This document shows, one piece after another, positions 42,369 to 56,000 of a stretch of 64,000 nt of DNA. Positions within the stretch are counted from its first letter, which is position 1. Each line of letters starts with the position of its first letter. The translations under genes were made by a program, and so were the position numbers. This stretch comes from Paramecium tetraurelia (Eukaryota). The notes under the pieces are model-generated. The model was not told the DNA's origin, did not search any database, and worked only from the letters and a program-made list of their open reading frames with translations. The DNA lies in NCBI GenBank assembly GCA_000165425.1, contig CT868018.1, positions 75,204-139,203 on the forward strand. The letters are read 5' to 3'.

Positions 42369-43205
42369 ATGAGCATCTCCTTTACACTCAATGGAAAATA
42401 AGTTCAATCAAAACTCAATGATACATTTGGGGACATTTTTGATGAATATGTTAAAAATGGTAAGTTTTTAGATAAAGTATGGAGAATAAATGATCAACAA
42501 AAACTGATTTAAAAAAATATAAAGATAAGTCAATTCCTTTAAGGAGGTGAAAGAGTTGAATGCTTGGTATGTATATATTCAAATATTTTAGGATAAAAAT
42601 TAACAACCCTTCGTTTCTTAATAACCGCCAACAAGTCCATTTATTCCTTAACAGCCAATAAGTCCATTTGCGGCATAACCATCCAAAATATTTTAATAAC
42701 CTTAAATTCCATCTAATATACCCGCTCAAAATTAACAAAAGCCAAATAGTCTTCAAGATGTCTTAAAAGATTAAGCAAATAAAATGTTAGTAAATAAGAT
42801 AGCCATCAAAAGATAAGAAATTAATGATACAAGCGGTAACAAAGAGACAGCGTATTTTTTATTATTTATATAAAAGTGTGAAAACTATAAAAGGATTTAA
42901 GATCTAAATTAAAGAATATGGAAAAATAGTCACATTAGAATCAGAAGATGGATCATTCAAAGCTACATTTTTAGAAGAAAATGCTTCAGAAGTATTCATT
43001 TTCTTTCATTTATTAGGCCGAACAAGATAATATTGTCTTATCTTTTAATGATATTATTTAGTCCCCAGAAACATAACTTAAATTAGCTATGGGAAGGAAT
43101 CCATCATAATCAACTAAAGTTCTTTTCTTATCAGGTTTTAAAGGAATTGCTATCAAATGGGTAACTGGACTCTAAACTAAGTTTTAATTCTGGCTTGATG
43201 AATGA
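42369..43205 (+). CDS. Uncharacterised protein, copy 3 of 3 (shortened linker)
   Basis: MSISFTLNGKQVQSKLNDTFGDIF...FWLDE-TGA; same three introns; only in-frame indels relative to copy 1. Confidence 0.85.
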
Positions 43206-43299
43206 ATATTTAATTATCACATAATCATTAATTATTATTAAAATATTATATTAAGATAACTTTATATTATATGGATATATAGCTTCTATTTTCGACGAA

Positions 43300-45050
43300 T
43301 CTATTATTTCTAATTGATAAAATCTCAATAAACCTTATTCTGTTTGAGCTTTAACAACTTTATGATTAAAATATTAAAAAATTTTAGAAATCAAATGTGT
43401 TTTTAGATAAATTTCTTTCCATCCTTTTTTTTTGAAATTCGTTATTTTTAAATGCTGCATTACATTCATTAATATGAATAAGAAGACATCATAAAACTAT
43501 TTTTTAATTTATTATTAATGATTTTGTCTGAAAGGAATAAACCAAGTATTCTGCTGTAAAGAAAATACAAACCTATTTCTTTATCTTAAGTTTTGAAAAA
43601 ACCACTTATTGTTAAATCTTTGCCTCCTATTTATGTTTCTCCTTAATAGAGAACATCCTAGAAAAAAGAATAAAAATTAGAAAATAGCTTCTCTTAAAGA
43701 CCTCCATAACCTTAAATTTTCAATAAATTTGAAGGCATAGGAGCTGTAGGATTATCACTTAATCCAATATAAAAGTAGCCTTTTTATTAATAATATGTTT
43801 TAATGAGCAGTAAAAAACTTGCTATATAAGTCTCAAAAAAGTATAATATACACAACAAAATTAATATATATAATTTACAAAATTACTCTTAGAAATATTA
43901 TACAGAATCTCAGGCTGACAAAGCAAATAAATGGTCATAAACAACATTTGATGAAGAATAATTATTAGAATATTTAAATAATTGAAAATAGTCATTTATT
44001 TTCACACTGAAATTTTTATCAATATGATGATTTTGTATGATTAATTTTTCTATTTTGGTGACAATAATTATAAACAATAATTTTCGTCATTCTCATACTT
44101 TTAGACTTTTAGATATGTGTGTTAAGAAATATAATTGCCTAATTTGTATCAGTTTCTTCGAAAGCAAAAGTTAATTAGTTTAAAATCTTCTATTAAAGAT
44201 AAATGTTCTTCAAATAATTAAAACTCATTTTTATTAAAATCAATTACAGTTTTCCTAGAATGATGTAGACAATATCATAAAGAGTCATTTCAAGTAACAA
44301 CAACACTATTTTGAAATTGGAACTTATCAATTAAATCAGCTATTACTTTTCTGTTTTAAATTTAGGATCACATAACATCAAGAAGTTCATTCAGTATAGC
44401 ATAGTAGTTTATCCTTCTCTTTAGCTAATTTAAAGTTCCTTCCAATTTCTTTTTAGTTGCTATTCAAAGTCAACCTAAGTTGCTGTATTTGAGTATCCTT
44501 TGATCAAATAATTATTTTAAAGCGACTGCGATTGCTTGTTGTAGACTGCAGTAACAAGTAGGATTCCATAACTCTCTCTATTCTTTTTTGGCTATAAAAC
44601 TAATCATTTTGGTATCTCATTATTTAGAGATTCAAATTCTGATTAATTGTAGTTTTGTGCAAATTCTTTTTATAAAGCATTTTCAATTTTTAAAGAGATG
44701 ATCTGATGCTTCTTATATTTTGTCAAATTCAATGTCAAATACTCTAATCATTGAATGATTGAATGATTGATCATTAATTAAAACTACAATCAGTTTGATG
44801 CTGTAAATGATTTGAGGACAGAACATAATCTGTTCTAAAACTGATGTATAAGTGTAATCGCCTTCTTTTATAGCAAATTATTTATTAATCCAAATTCTAA
44901 TCGATCCTTTTGTTAAGCCTTCACAATAGTAATCTTCTTTCCTTATTTGAGGAAACTATTTCAATATAGTGATCTTATTTAGAATATTGTCAGACTATAA
45001 AGAACTTCTCTTGTCATTGTTTTTAATCTCATTTGATTTATTGATAAATA
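43300..45050 (-). pseudogene. Probable degraded gene (boundaries approximate)
   Basis: Long coding-like stretches broken by several TGA codons and frame switches that I could not resolve with short introns. Confidence 0.35.
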
Positions 45051-45499
45051 ATAAAAATCAAAATTGTTTGATTATTTTTGTAAAATTTAATAATTTGAAA
45101 TAAAAATTTATGTAATTTATTTTCATTTTAATGCTTTAAGCAACTATGCTAACATAACTGCATTTGAAACAATTATTTTAAGAGCTAAATTTTTTTCAGA
45201 ATTTGAATTTTATAAAATATCTTTTATCGATTACTTTAGAGTATTTTATAATTAAAAATTTTTATAATTGTGATTCTAATATCCAACCTAAGATTGAGCG
45301 TAGACAAATATTGAGTTATTCGTTTTTACATCATAAAAAGGAATATCTTTCACAATTTATATCTTTTATTAAGTTTCTTGGCTAATTTTGGGAAGTAATC
45401 CCCAATCTAACTAAAGCGAAATTCATTCCAAGAAATTTCAAAAGTACAACAAGGTTTAGATTACATTATTTAAAACTAAAAGTCATGATTTAAAAGTTC

Positions 45500-47226
45500 G
45501 CATATAATCAAGCAAAATAAAACAAAACATTAAATCACCTATTGGCGAGTCCAAACACATTCTTTAATGGGCTTTAGATCGTTTTGTTATTCAGTGAGAA
45601 GGATTTAAAGATCGACATCTTGAAATTGAACTATCTTACAAAGTGTTATTTCAATTTCTTGAGTTTTGGTGTATCTTATATATATTAATTTCCACATTAA
45701 CGTAATCTTTGGCACATTAAATAACAGTGTTTATCGTTAACTCATCTAGGTACTCAGTTTGCAATGCTTTCTTGATAGTTGACACACTCACCTTAACATA
45801 ATCAACATATGCTATTTAGTTCATTCATAAATATATTTTAGTTAACATTTCCAGCCTATAAATATCACTTATTAGTTTTTATAATTTAAGAAAACTCACT
45901 CGTTTCATCATTTTTTAATATTAAATTTGTTATTTCTTCTCTTCATACGGATCGCTATATGTAAAATCTGTTTCGTCACAACCTGAATTTAGTTCATTTA
46001 AATTAACTTTTCTCACTACCTGTATTAGCTTATTCTCAGAGAATGTGTTTAAATAATTAAGCAAATCTAATATAGGATGTTTAATATCAACTAAGTTTTG
46101 AAAAAATACAACAACATCTAAATACGGAGCATGAGACGCTAAATATTAGATGAAAAATTAATGGATTTTGTCAGATTGGACTAATCTTCTTTTAATTGCG
46201 TGAGTTCTTAAGCAACTCTTTATATTTCCTATTGTCTTGCAGATTATTTTTAAGGCCAAATGATTGGAAGAATATCCATTGGGTTTAGTTTATTCATTAA
46301 AATACATATTATTCAAAGATAAAGCAAACAAAAATGAGATAAGTATATATTTAGCAAGAATAATGTATTTAGCTTTTTAGCTAAACTCAAGTTGAGTTAC
46401 TAATATCAAGGCAATTAATTCTAAAGCCTACTTAAAATTAAATGCAAAATAAAAAAAATTTAATTCTACTTAATAGATTCTTCAAATAAAGAAGATGATT
46501 TATTATAATCTAAATTGAAATTATTAAAATTTGATAAGTCAACCTTGCCTTTTATTAGGTTTTAGTTACGACTGAATTGTATTTGCTAACTTAATAAATT
46601 CAGTCAAGTATGTTGGCGTGATGCTGGCAACATTAATATTTGCATTTTCTAATTTAGTTCGCATATTAACAATCTCATGCAAAGGAATAAGGCTTGAAAT
46701 ATCAGTAAAGGACTCTTATTGTTCATATCTATCTGTAATTTAGGAAAAATGGGTTGGACTTATAAAGCTTGATTTCTGAGGTGACATTATTCCACTAAAT
46801 TAGGTTATCGAATATTAATGACCCTTAGCTGGGAATTATAAGTTGTTTTATTAAGGTGGAGGTGATAACGAAGATATTGATTATATTCTAGGTCTAACTT
46901 ATGGAATATTTACTTTTAATGCAATCCATTAATTTTACTTGGAGACGAATTTTGATTGCTTTTACCTGACTTAAATAGAAAGGAATCGTTTTATTTTGCT
47001 TTCTTACTACTGTATTCTTATAGTTTATTTACTAGATTGTTTAACGAAGGAGCACTGTTTATTCAACTTATAAATACTTAGCTTGATCCCTCTTTATTGG
47101 AGTCTTCCTTTGACTTTCAATTCCATTTTTTTAAGGGTCAAATCTTGTTTCTACAGGAGACTTTGAGTATTTATCGACCAATCTTTCCCTGTATAACTTT
47201 AGATTAAAATTTAACGATTCACTCAT
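45500..47226 (-). CDS. Hypothetical protein (3' end uncertain, possibly disrupted)
   Basis: MSESLNFNLKLYRERLVDKYSKSPVE start, S/P/Q-rich first half; frame ambiguous below about 45950. Confidence 0.45.
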
Positions 47227-47257
47227 TAAGTATATTTAATTAATGACAATTTAATTA

Positions 47258-48775
47258 TCACTCCTATTCATCTACAATTAATTATTCCATTTCAGAATCG
47301 ACAAACACTTCATTTATGATGGATTCAGTCTTGTCCTTTAATGACAGTCTTGGGAAATTTTATATTAAGTCAATTTTGGCATGTGGATCATTAAAGCAAT
47401 CGTCTTCTTGACTTTCTACAAAATCAAATAACACCTATCTTTAGAATTCATTTATACTTAGATTTTATCACTAAAATTGAATCTCCTTGTTCGAGTAGCA
47501 TTTACAAATCTGAATAGTATTGATATACCTTAAGTATTGGCTGGTTCCTCGGGTAAATTTGATAATAACTAGGCTTTTTTCAATAATCTTTACTCCTTAT
47601 ATGTAATAATATTTTTTATACTTCTTTTTGCTATTATTCAATTTATTTGGTTTATTCTTATAATCTTTATTCTTCATCCCTTTATTTTTTCAACATTGCC
47701 TATTGTTCTGCAAAACGATAAGCTTCTTTTTATTGTTGAATTAATAAATCTCTTTCTCTTTAGTCCTCCTTTTACTTTTGCACTTGCACTTGCGTTTGTT
47801 ATTATTGTTAAATATATTGGAAAGGGTGTTAATTATTGTAATAGTAATTTAAGTTCGGCTAATTAGGAGAATTGACTTCTTTTTTGAGATTTTCTACATA
47901 AATGTATTCTTTATTGAAAGCTGCCCTAATTGTCTTAATCCTTTAGGCAGTTACTTCAAAATTGGTATCCAAAGATAAAGAAATTTGTTCCATTAAAACA
48001 ACTTCATCCACAATATCTAATTTGTAAATTAAAATAGCTGGAGGTTCTGGTTTATTTGGAAATTATTCATTAACTTATGGACTATTCAACAACCCGAGTA
48101 TTGAATAATTTCTATTAAGATTTGCTACAAGGCTTTTGCAATCAGACATTTTTTGCAATACCAATAAGTTTTAATGATTATGTAAATAGACTAATAATGG
48201 CCTTGTTTCTTCATTTGCTTTTTTCAACTTTTCCTAAAAGTTTCCAGATTAAAACGCAATCTGTGTTTGAATCTACTGTTGTTAGAGGTATTTCAAGAAT
48301 TCATTCCCATAATTAGGTGCATTTTTGACTATATAGGAACTTAAATATTACAAAAATACGAGACGAGACCTGCGCCTATTCGAAAAGTTTTATTGATTAT
48401 GCCTTCCTTGGCTCTCTTTTCTTCCTGATATTTCCTATATTTTTCAATTAATGCATCATCTTAAGGTTATCTTCTCATACTTTAATTAGAATTTTAAACT
48501 CTTCCTACCTCTATAAGAAATATATTGTACCCTATGGAGTTTCTTAACTGTTTGACCTCTATTATAATTAATCTTATTATGGTTTCTATTGTGTGCCTTG
48601 ACTTTGAACTCCCTCAAAATCAAAATAGAGTTGTATTGCATTCTAAATAATAATGTTGTAATACATCAAGCTTATCTTAAGCCATCTAAATGTATGATTA
48701 TGCTTTCTAATAATCCTGGCATCCAGTTATGGCCATGAAATTATTTATGTTCTCTTCAGAATCAGATGGCTGCAT
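47258..48775 (-). CDS. UBA-like + coiled-coil + UBX domain protein (p97/Cdc48 adaptor, FAF-like)
   Basis: INNFMAITGCQDYQKAQSYIQMAQDKLD|NAIQLYFD; C-terminal LPEEP...ILFRFVNATRTRRFNFSDKIQ|VLFDFVES...LIQNFPR. Confidence 0.88.
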
Positions 48776-50069
48776 TTTTTATATATTTTTAATTATTATA
48801 GTCAAAGGTTTAATAGAATGGAATATAGTCTATATTAATTAATTATATATTCTGATAGTTTAGTTTTGAAAAAATTTAAACGGTTTTCTTTTATTCATAT
48901 GAATGTAAATGAGTGAATTTTGTAAGAGACAGCAACAGAATACGTGGGATTTACTGTAAATCATTAATTATTTATAATTAATATTCGAAATTTATTTTAT
49001 TATATTTATAGAATCTGCACATTTAATTAATATTGGTTACTGTTTATTAGTTATGATTGGAATAATACAAATGATATTTATATGCTAAACGATTTTAATT
49101 AGCTACAATGATAAGGTAATTTTGGAAATCAAAAAAGTCTTAAAATAAATAAAAAAAAATTGAACTATTTAAAAAAAACTCATTTTAAGTAAGTATTTCC
49201 AAATGTATGAAGAAAATAACCTGCCAAGATAGTTAATCAAATATCAATATTTTTCTAAATTATATGATCAAATTCGATAATTAGTTTTACTTAAATTTAT
49301 AATAGAAATTTAATAATGCATAAAGCAAGTAATATTTCATACATACATACATAATATTCAATTTGAATTTCATAGTATTTAAGCTATATTGAAAAGATTT
49401 AGAGATGGTGGATGGCACCTAAATTATTGATAATTCCAAACTATTGTAAATAAAAAAGGAATATAAGGATGCTTTAATGTAATCAATAGGTTAGCTTCTC
49501 TATATGTTAATTCAAAAAAAATAGATTAGTTTATAATTTATAATCCTCCGAATAATCAGGTCAGTATAAATGGTTTGCCTTTATCAAATAAAGATCGTTT
49601 TGGAAGACATTAGAATATGATTTATAATTATACAAATTTAATAAATACTTAATCTTCAAATTTTGGGAAAGTGAAAGGAAAGGAGTTCGATGAATCGAAT
49701 TTATTTGAAAACAGGTGATAAACAAATACAATTTTAAGAAATGAATTATTGCGTTTTAGTTTGTAAGAGTAATTAAAGAATAATTGAGGGTGTTTAATTA
49801 AATTACATATATATTGATACAAAATGAATATGATGATAGAATTAAGATTGTCTTATATTTTTTTGTCATCCAATTTACATATTGAATGTGCATAAATCAT
49901 TTCTTATAGGTTCCTATATCCCTATTATAATTTGATGTCTAAAGACTGATGCCCATATGAAGTAGTGCGTCTTAGGAGAATTGAAGACTCTGTTCTAATA
50001 AACATCAATATTTTTAAAGTAGCATAATTTCTACCAGAAATTTTAATTAGAATCAATCTATTAAGTTTA

Positions 50070-53000
50070 ATGCAAATTAAAAGTGCACTTTTGTTTATGC
50101 TCGTAGTTCGATCGTGGCAATCGGAACAAAATACTTGCGTTTGTGGTCATTTAAGCAATTAGGAATAGTGTGCTAAATCAACAATTTGTCAATGGGATGG
50201 AAATATTTGTGTTTTGAAAGAGGCCTATATTACCACGTAAAGTTAATTGGATCCTTCAAACTGTAAAATATATCCCTAAGAGAAGTGCAGTACGTTAGAA
50301 AAATGTGGATTTTACTTAAATATGTGTACTGAATTTAAGGATTGCAGCGTATTTTAGAAAGATTAGTGTTCTGAATCTTCTTATAGATGTGTGAGTGATG
50401 GGGAGAAATGTGTAGAAGTAAAAGAATGCGAAGACTATTTGACCAACGTAGCATGTTAAAATAAGAACATTCACGGTAAATATTGCAGTTGGGGCATATC
50501 AATTAAACCGAATTGTCAGGAAATTAAAGATTGTACCTTTTTGCCTGAATACTTTAAATCAGACTAGGAATGCAGACAAGGTCTTTCATATTGTACAGTA
50601 AGCAAAAAGTCTTAAGGATGTCAAGAGAGTGGGGAAAATTGTGTAGATCACCAGAATGAAAATTAATGTATAACTAATAGATCTCAAACAGTCAAGTGCT
50701 ATTGGGATACAATAACTTTATTATGCAAAGAACTAAAGTGCGAAAATATCACAGGATATACAGATGAGAGTTGTAAGAAGATATTGCCTGAATGTACTAC
50801 AAACGGGATAACTTGTACGGAGAGGAAAAATTGTGAGGATGCCTAAAATATTGAGGGGTGTATCACAGACAAAAAAAATAATAAATGTGCATTTTATAAT
50901 AAGGCTTGTATGATTAAAACTTGTTCTACTGCCTCGTCATAATATTCAAATTATTATCTTTGTTAAGGATACGACGATAAATTAGACTGTGTAAGTGTTA
51001 AAGGAGGAGGTTGTAAGAAGAGACCTGCTGCATGTGAAGATTTTGAATAGCAACTCGATTGTGATTTATAGGAATCTCTGGGATGTATTTGGTATGGTGA
51101 TTAATGTTTGGTTAGATAATGTTCTTATGCTCCTTAAAAATACAATTAAAGTGACTGTAAGACATTTGGATAATGCATTGGGAAAACTGGAGGTGGCTGT
51201 CAAGATTGGCCAGAAACATGCGATTTGATATTGTAATAGGAATTTTGTGAGTTCGATAAGGAAGGAAATTGGTGCAGATGGACTGACGGTACTTGCTTAT
51301 AACTAATGTGCACTAATTTTAAATATCCAAAATACGATTCTCATACTAAATGCCAACTCTTAAGTAAGAAATGTACATACAGTGTTCAGTTTGGAAGTTG
51401 CGTAGATTATTTATGTGAAACAGTTACTGATGATATGCCTTGTCAAAAGGATTATAATAATAATAAATGCATAAAGAGATTTGGATGTACAGAAAAAAAA
51501 TGTTCAAATGCTCCAGTTGCAATGAATACAAACACTTAGTGTGAGGGTTGGCTAGCAAATTGCACAGTTAATGTATTGGTGTTTGGTTCAGTCCAGTCCA
51601 TCAGAGGATGCACAAAGAAGAAGGCATAATGCAAAGATTGTTATGAATAATAATGTGTTACAACTGTTATTGGCGAAAAATGTAAATGGTCTTCAAATAA
51701 ATGTATTCCTAAATTATGTTCCGATGCAGAGATTACAATAATTACTAACGAAGATTGCTTAAGATACAAACCTTAAGGAGCTGCAGTTCCCTGTATTTTA
51801 AAAGTTGCTGGAGCTGGCTGTTAAGATTGGCCTGTAATATGCAGTGCTTTAGGGAATGAGGTTCAATGTAATTACGGATTGTATAATGGCACAAAATGCT
51901 ATTGGAACGGGGCAGCGTGTAAGGACAGAACTTGCAATAATGCTATAGATACTATAAACTCGAATTTTCTATGCGTTCAATATAATCCTATATGCATATT
52001 AGATTCAGATTAACTGGGTTGCAAACTTAGACCTAGTAACTTACAATGTTCTGATGCACCTGATTCCCCACTATATGATTCCCATGAAAAATGTTTTGTA
52101 TGGAATAATAAATGCACTGTTTAACCAGTCGTAGGTTGCTATTAGAAATAAACCTTGTGTTCTAATTATTTAATCAATTAATGTAATTATACCATTACAG
52201 GATAAAAATGTAAATGGGTGTCTGGTTCATGTGGACCTTTGAATTGTGAATTGAAGGTAGATACAGTTTCAGTATACAATAACTTTTGCGAGACCTATGA
52301 TATTAATTGCACCGTAAAAACACCCACTACTTGTATACCATTAAAAACAAATTGTTCTCAATATGTTGAAGAATAATCTTGTGTTATCAATTCAACTTAC
52401 GAAAAATGTAAATGGATTATATCATCTAATACGTGTACTGATTATACGTGTGAAATGAATACAACTGCAACTACTGAATCCTAGTGTTTCGCTATGAGAT
52501 AAGGGTTTAAATGCTAATTAATAATGAATTCTGATGGAACTTATGGTCCTGGCTGTGAAACTAGAAAGACTAGTTGCAGTGGGCTAGTGTAGGTAGTTTG
52601 CAATAAAACAGTGCTATAAGACGGATCTAGATGCTATTATAATTCTTCCTCTTGCACAATCTTAGGTAGTGAAAACTGCAGTGCAATTCAAACAGTGGGG
52701 TAATATTAACACCATATTTGCTTATATTATGCTTCTTATTGCATAGGGGATATATCAGGATAGTTAAATAAATGTTAGCATAAATATTATTGTGGGTATT
52801 TCAATAATGCACTGTGCAATTATATGATGTCAAATTATGACGAATGTACCATAGACTATTACTCGAATACATGTCGAGATAAAAAGTATTGTTCAAGTTA
52901 TCCATAAAACTAATGCTCTTACACTTCTTTAAGTGTGAGATGTGCTTGGTAGTCAACTTACTCTTATTGTTATGAATACGGTTGTTCCACGATCACAGCA

Positions 53001-56000
53001 AGTACGGACTCTAGTTGCCAAGCTTCATCAACTATGTGTAGATATCCTGGTAGCGGGACATCTTGTTCTCTTGTATATTATTGCTCTGATGTTTAATATA
53101 GAGCCTCAACTTGTTCAAGTACTATAACCTATTATAATGAAAGATGCTATTATGATGGCACTTATTGTGTATCTAGGATTTGCAGTCAATTAACTTATCC
53201 CTCCGATAATTAATAGTGCTATAAATGGAGGAAGGATTGTATTTACTCAAGTAGTTATACATATTGTATAAGTGGGTCATGTTCATATTTTACTGATGTC
53301 TACTAATGTTTTAGGAACAACTGTTATTATTAATATGGCTATGGTTGCACTTCATAAATCATGTGTAATTAAAACTCTAGTGCAACCAAGAACTATGATT
53401 GTGAGCTAATAAGTCCCATTTGCAAACTGAATTATAGGAATGGTCAGGGATGTGAATATAGATCTTGTAAGGATATTACAAGTTCATCAGTTTGTAATAG
53501 CTCTCGTAATTTTCATTGGGTGTATTGTTAATATACTTCAGGTTGTGTGCATATGACTTGTGATTAAATTACATTATAATCCAAATGTCAACTTGCCTAT
53601 GGCTATTATAACACAGCAGAAACATACGTGGCTAAATGTTACTGGTGTGATAGTCTTTGTTCCTACTCTAATACATGTGCATTAGGCTCGACACAACTCC
53701 CAGTATCACACGATGAGTGTCAATATTTGAATCCCACAAAAACCATCGCTTCAGATACCTTTAAATGCACTTTAAAACTTAATAATTGCAGTGATTATCA
53801 CTATTACAGACAATGTGAATACACAGTTACTGGGTAGAAGTGTTTTTGGGATAGAAATCAATCCCCTTCTTGTTTTGATTATTGTCTTACGAAGGTTCAA
53901 GCAGGTTTAACTCATGCTCAATGTTAAGCATATCATCCTCAATGTGTGGCTAATGCAGCTTCAAATAAATGTATAAACTTAGTCTGCTCAAGTTTTTCAA
54001 CTAGTTTGAGTTGCAATAATTTAACAACTTTGTGTATGTGGGAGCCAATCGATTCTGTCTGTGTTAAATATGAGACCTATTTATATTGTCATAGATTTGG
54101 TATAGAGGCGGATTGCAACTCTGGTAAAAATACTAGTAATAATGGATGTCTATGGAATTCAACAAGTTCAAAGTGCGAGGATAGAACATGTTCTAATTAT
54201 GTTGGTGTTCCTACCAGTTTAGAAGACTGTGATAATTGGCTAAAGAATTGTCAATTTGATTCCACTAATAATGTGTGTGTGGCTGATTGTTCAAGTGCCC
54301 CAAAATCAAAATAGTATGATACTTTAGAAGAATGTGAATAATATTATTAAGATAAAATATGCACAATTGTTCCAGGGGTCAAGAAATGCCAATCCTTATT
54401 CGATGATTGTTCTTCCTATTTGATTGATTCAATGTGTTAAATTGATAGTGCATATAACCCTTGTTTTTGGAGCATCCCATTGACGAAATGCTTTTCTTTA
54501 AATAGTTGTCTTATATTAGAGACAATCAATGATACGCATTTAAAATGTAATACTCTATGGAAAAATTGTACTGTGAATACTTCTTTAGCTGGATGCATCG
54601 AATTGGATGATTGTGCTAATTATACAATAGAAGATCAGTGTGTTATCGACAAAAATAACATTGATTGCTAATGGTTTCAAAGTAAATGCTATATTAAAAG
54701 TTGTTCAACTGCTCCTCTAGTTCTATACACACCCACCGATTGCCAAGCATATTTTCCATAGTCGATATGTACAAGCAATAATGATTCGGATGCATGTTTT
54801 GAAGGTCACAATGTTTGCAAGAAATATCCAATGTAGGCTTGTAGTTTACCAGGATAAATGAATACTTCAGGAGTTCCATGCTTTTGGGATTCAAATTAAT
54901 CAAGATGCAGAGAAAAAGTATGTAGTAATGCTCCATCCAAGTTCGAAACCACCGCATAATGTGAAGGCTTCCTTTCGAATAAACAATGCTAAGTTATTGG
55001 ATGTAAGTAAGTTGAATGTGAGGATTTTCCTTTTAGAAATGATGAAACTTGTAGAATTGCAATGGAGAATTTCAGGTGTACTACTAATGGATACGAGTGC
55101 ATCGAAAGAACCAATTGTGAAGATGCAACATTAGAAGATGCTTGTACTTTCGATTATTAAATGAATGAATGCCAATGGACTGATTATCCTGTGTATTAAT
55201 GTGTGTAAAAAACATGTGCTACTGCTCCTGTTGAATTGAAAACTCATATTGAATGTCAAAATTATCTCAAGGGATGCACTAACAAAATTGAAGGGGGATG
55301 CACTAATCTGAAAACTTGTCCAGAAATCATTACTTAAGATGGTTGCAAAATTGATATTAACAATGAAGAGTGCTTATGGGATTCCTTTTATGAAAAATGC
55401 TTCCCCAACCATTGTTAGGGATTTTGTGGGGATGGCATGATTTAACTGCCTCTAGAAGAATGCGATGATGGTAATTTTTTACCTTATGATGGATGCTATG
55501 ATTGTAAAATCCAATGTCCTCTCGGATGCAATGATTGCAATGGTAAGATTTGCCAAAAATGTAATGAAATTAAAGGTTACTATTATAACTCAGCCACATA
55601 ATAGTGTTAAACTAAATGTGGAGATAAGATAGTTAATGGATAAGAGTATTGTGATGATGGAAATGATATTGAGTATGATGGTTGTTATGAATGCTAGTAT
55701 TCTTGTGATATCTATTGTGTTAACTGTTATCAAGGAGAATGTATTGAATGTCCGAAAGGGTTCAATCAAAATGGACCATATTGTTTAAGCAAATGTGGGG
55801 ATGGAATCCAAAATCCCATTTTTGAGGAATGCGATGATGGTAATATTAGACCTAATGATGGATGTGATTCGAATTGTTTCGTAGAATCAAATTGGAAATG
55901 CAAAGTAGTATCATCTCTAAGTGAATGTTACTATCTGGTTTATCCTAAAATCGTTCTTACTTTAATGACAAAATAAACAGAGTAAAATCAGGATGTCAAA

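Larger units (their letters stand above)
39771..43260 (+). repeat. Direct tandem duplication: unit A 39771-41805, unit B 41806-about 43260
   Basis: ATCTCTCATTCAAA..TGTTACATAGAC starts both units; each unit carries a copy of the triplicated gene. Confidence 0.95.

Noticed and set aside
43207..43223. 15-bp TA-bounded insertion after the copy 3 stop as a second IES
   Set aside because: Below the roughly 26-bp IES minimum and in diverged, TA-rich sequence. It shows TA-bounded indels can arise by chance, a caveat for the 27-bp case.
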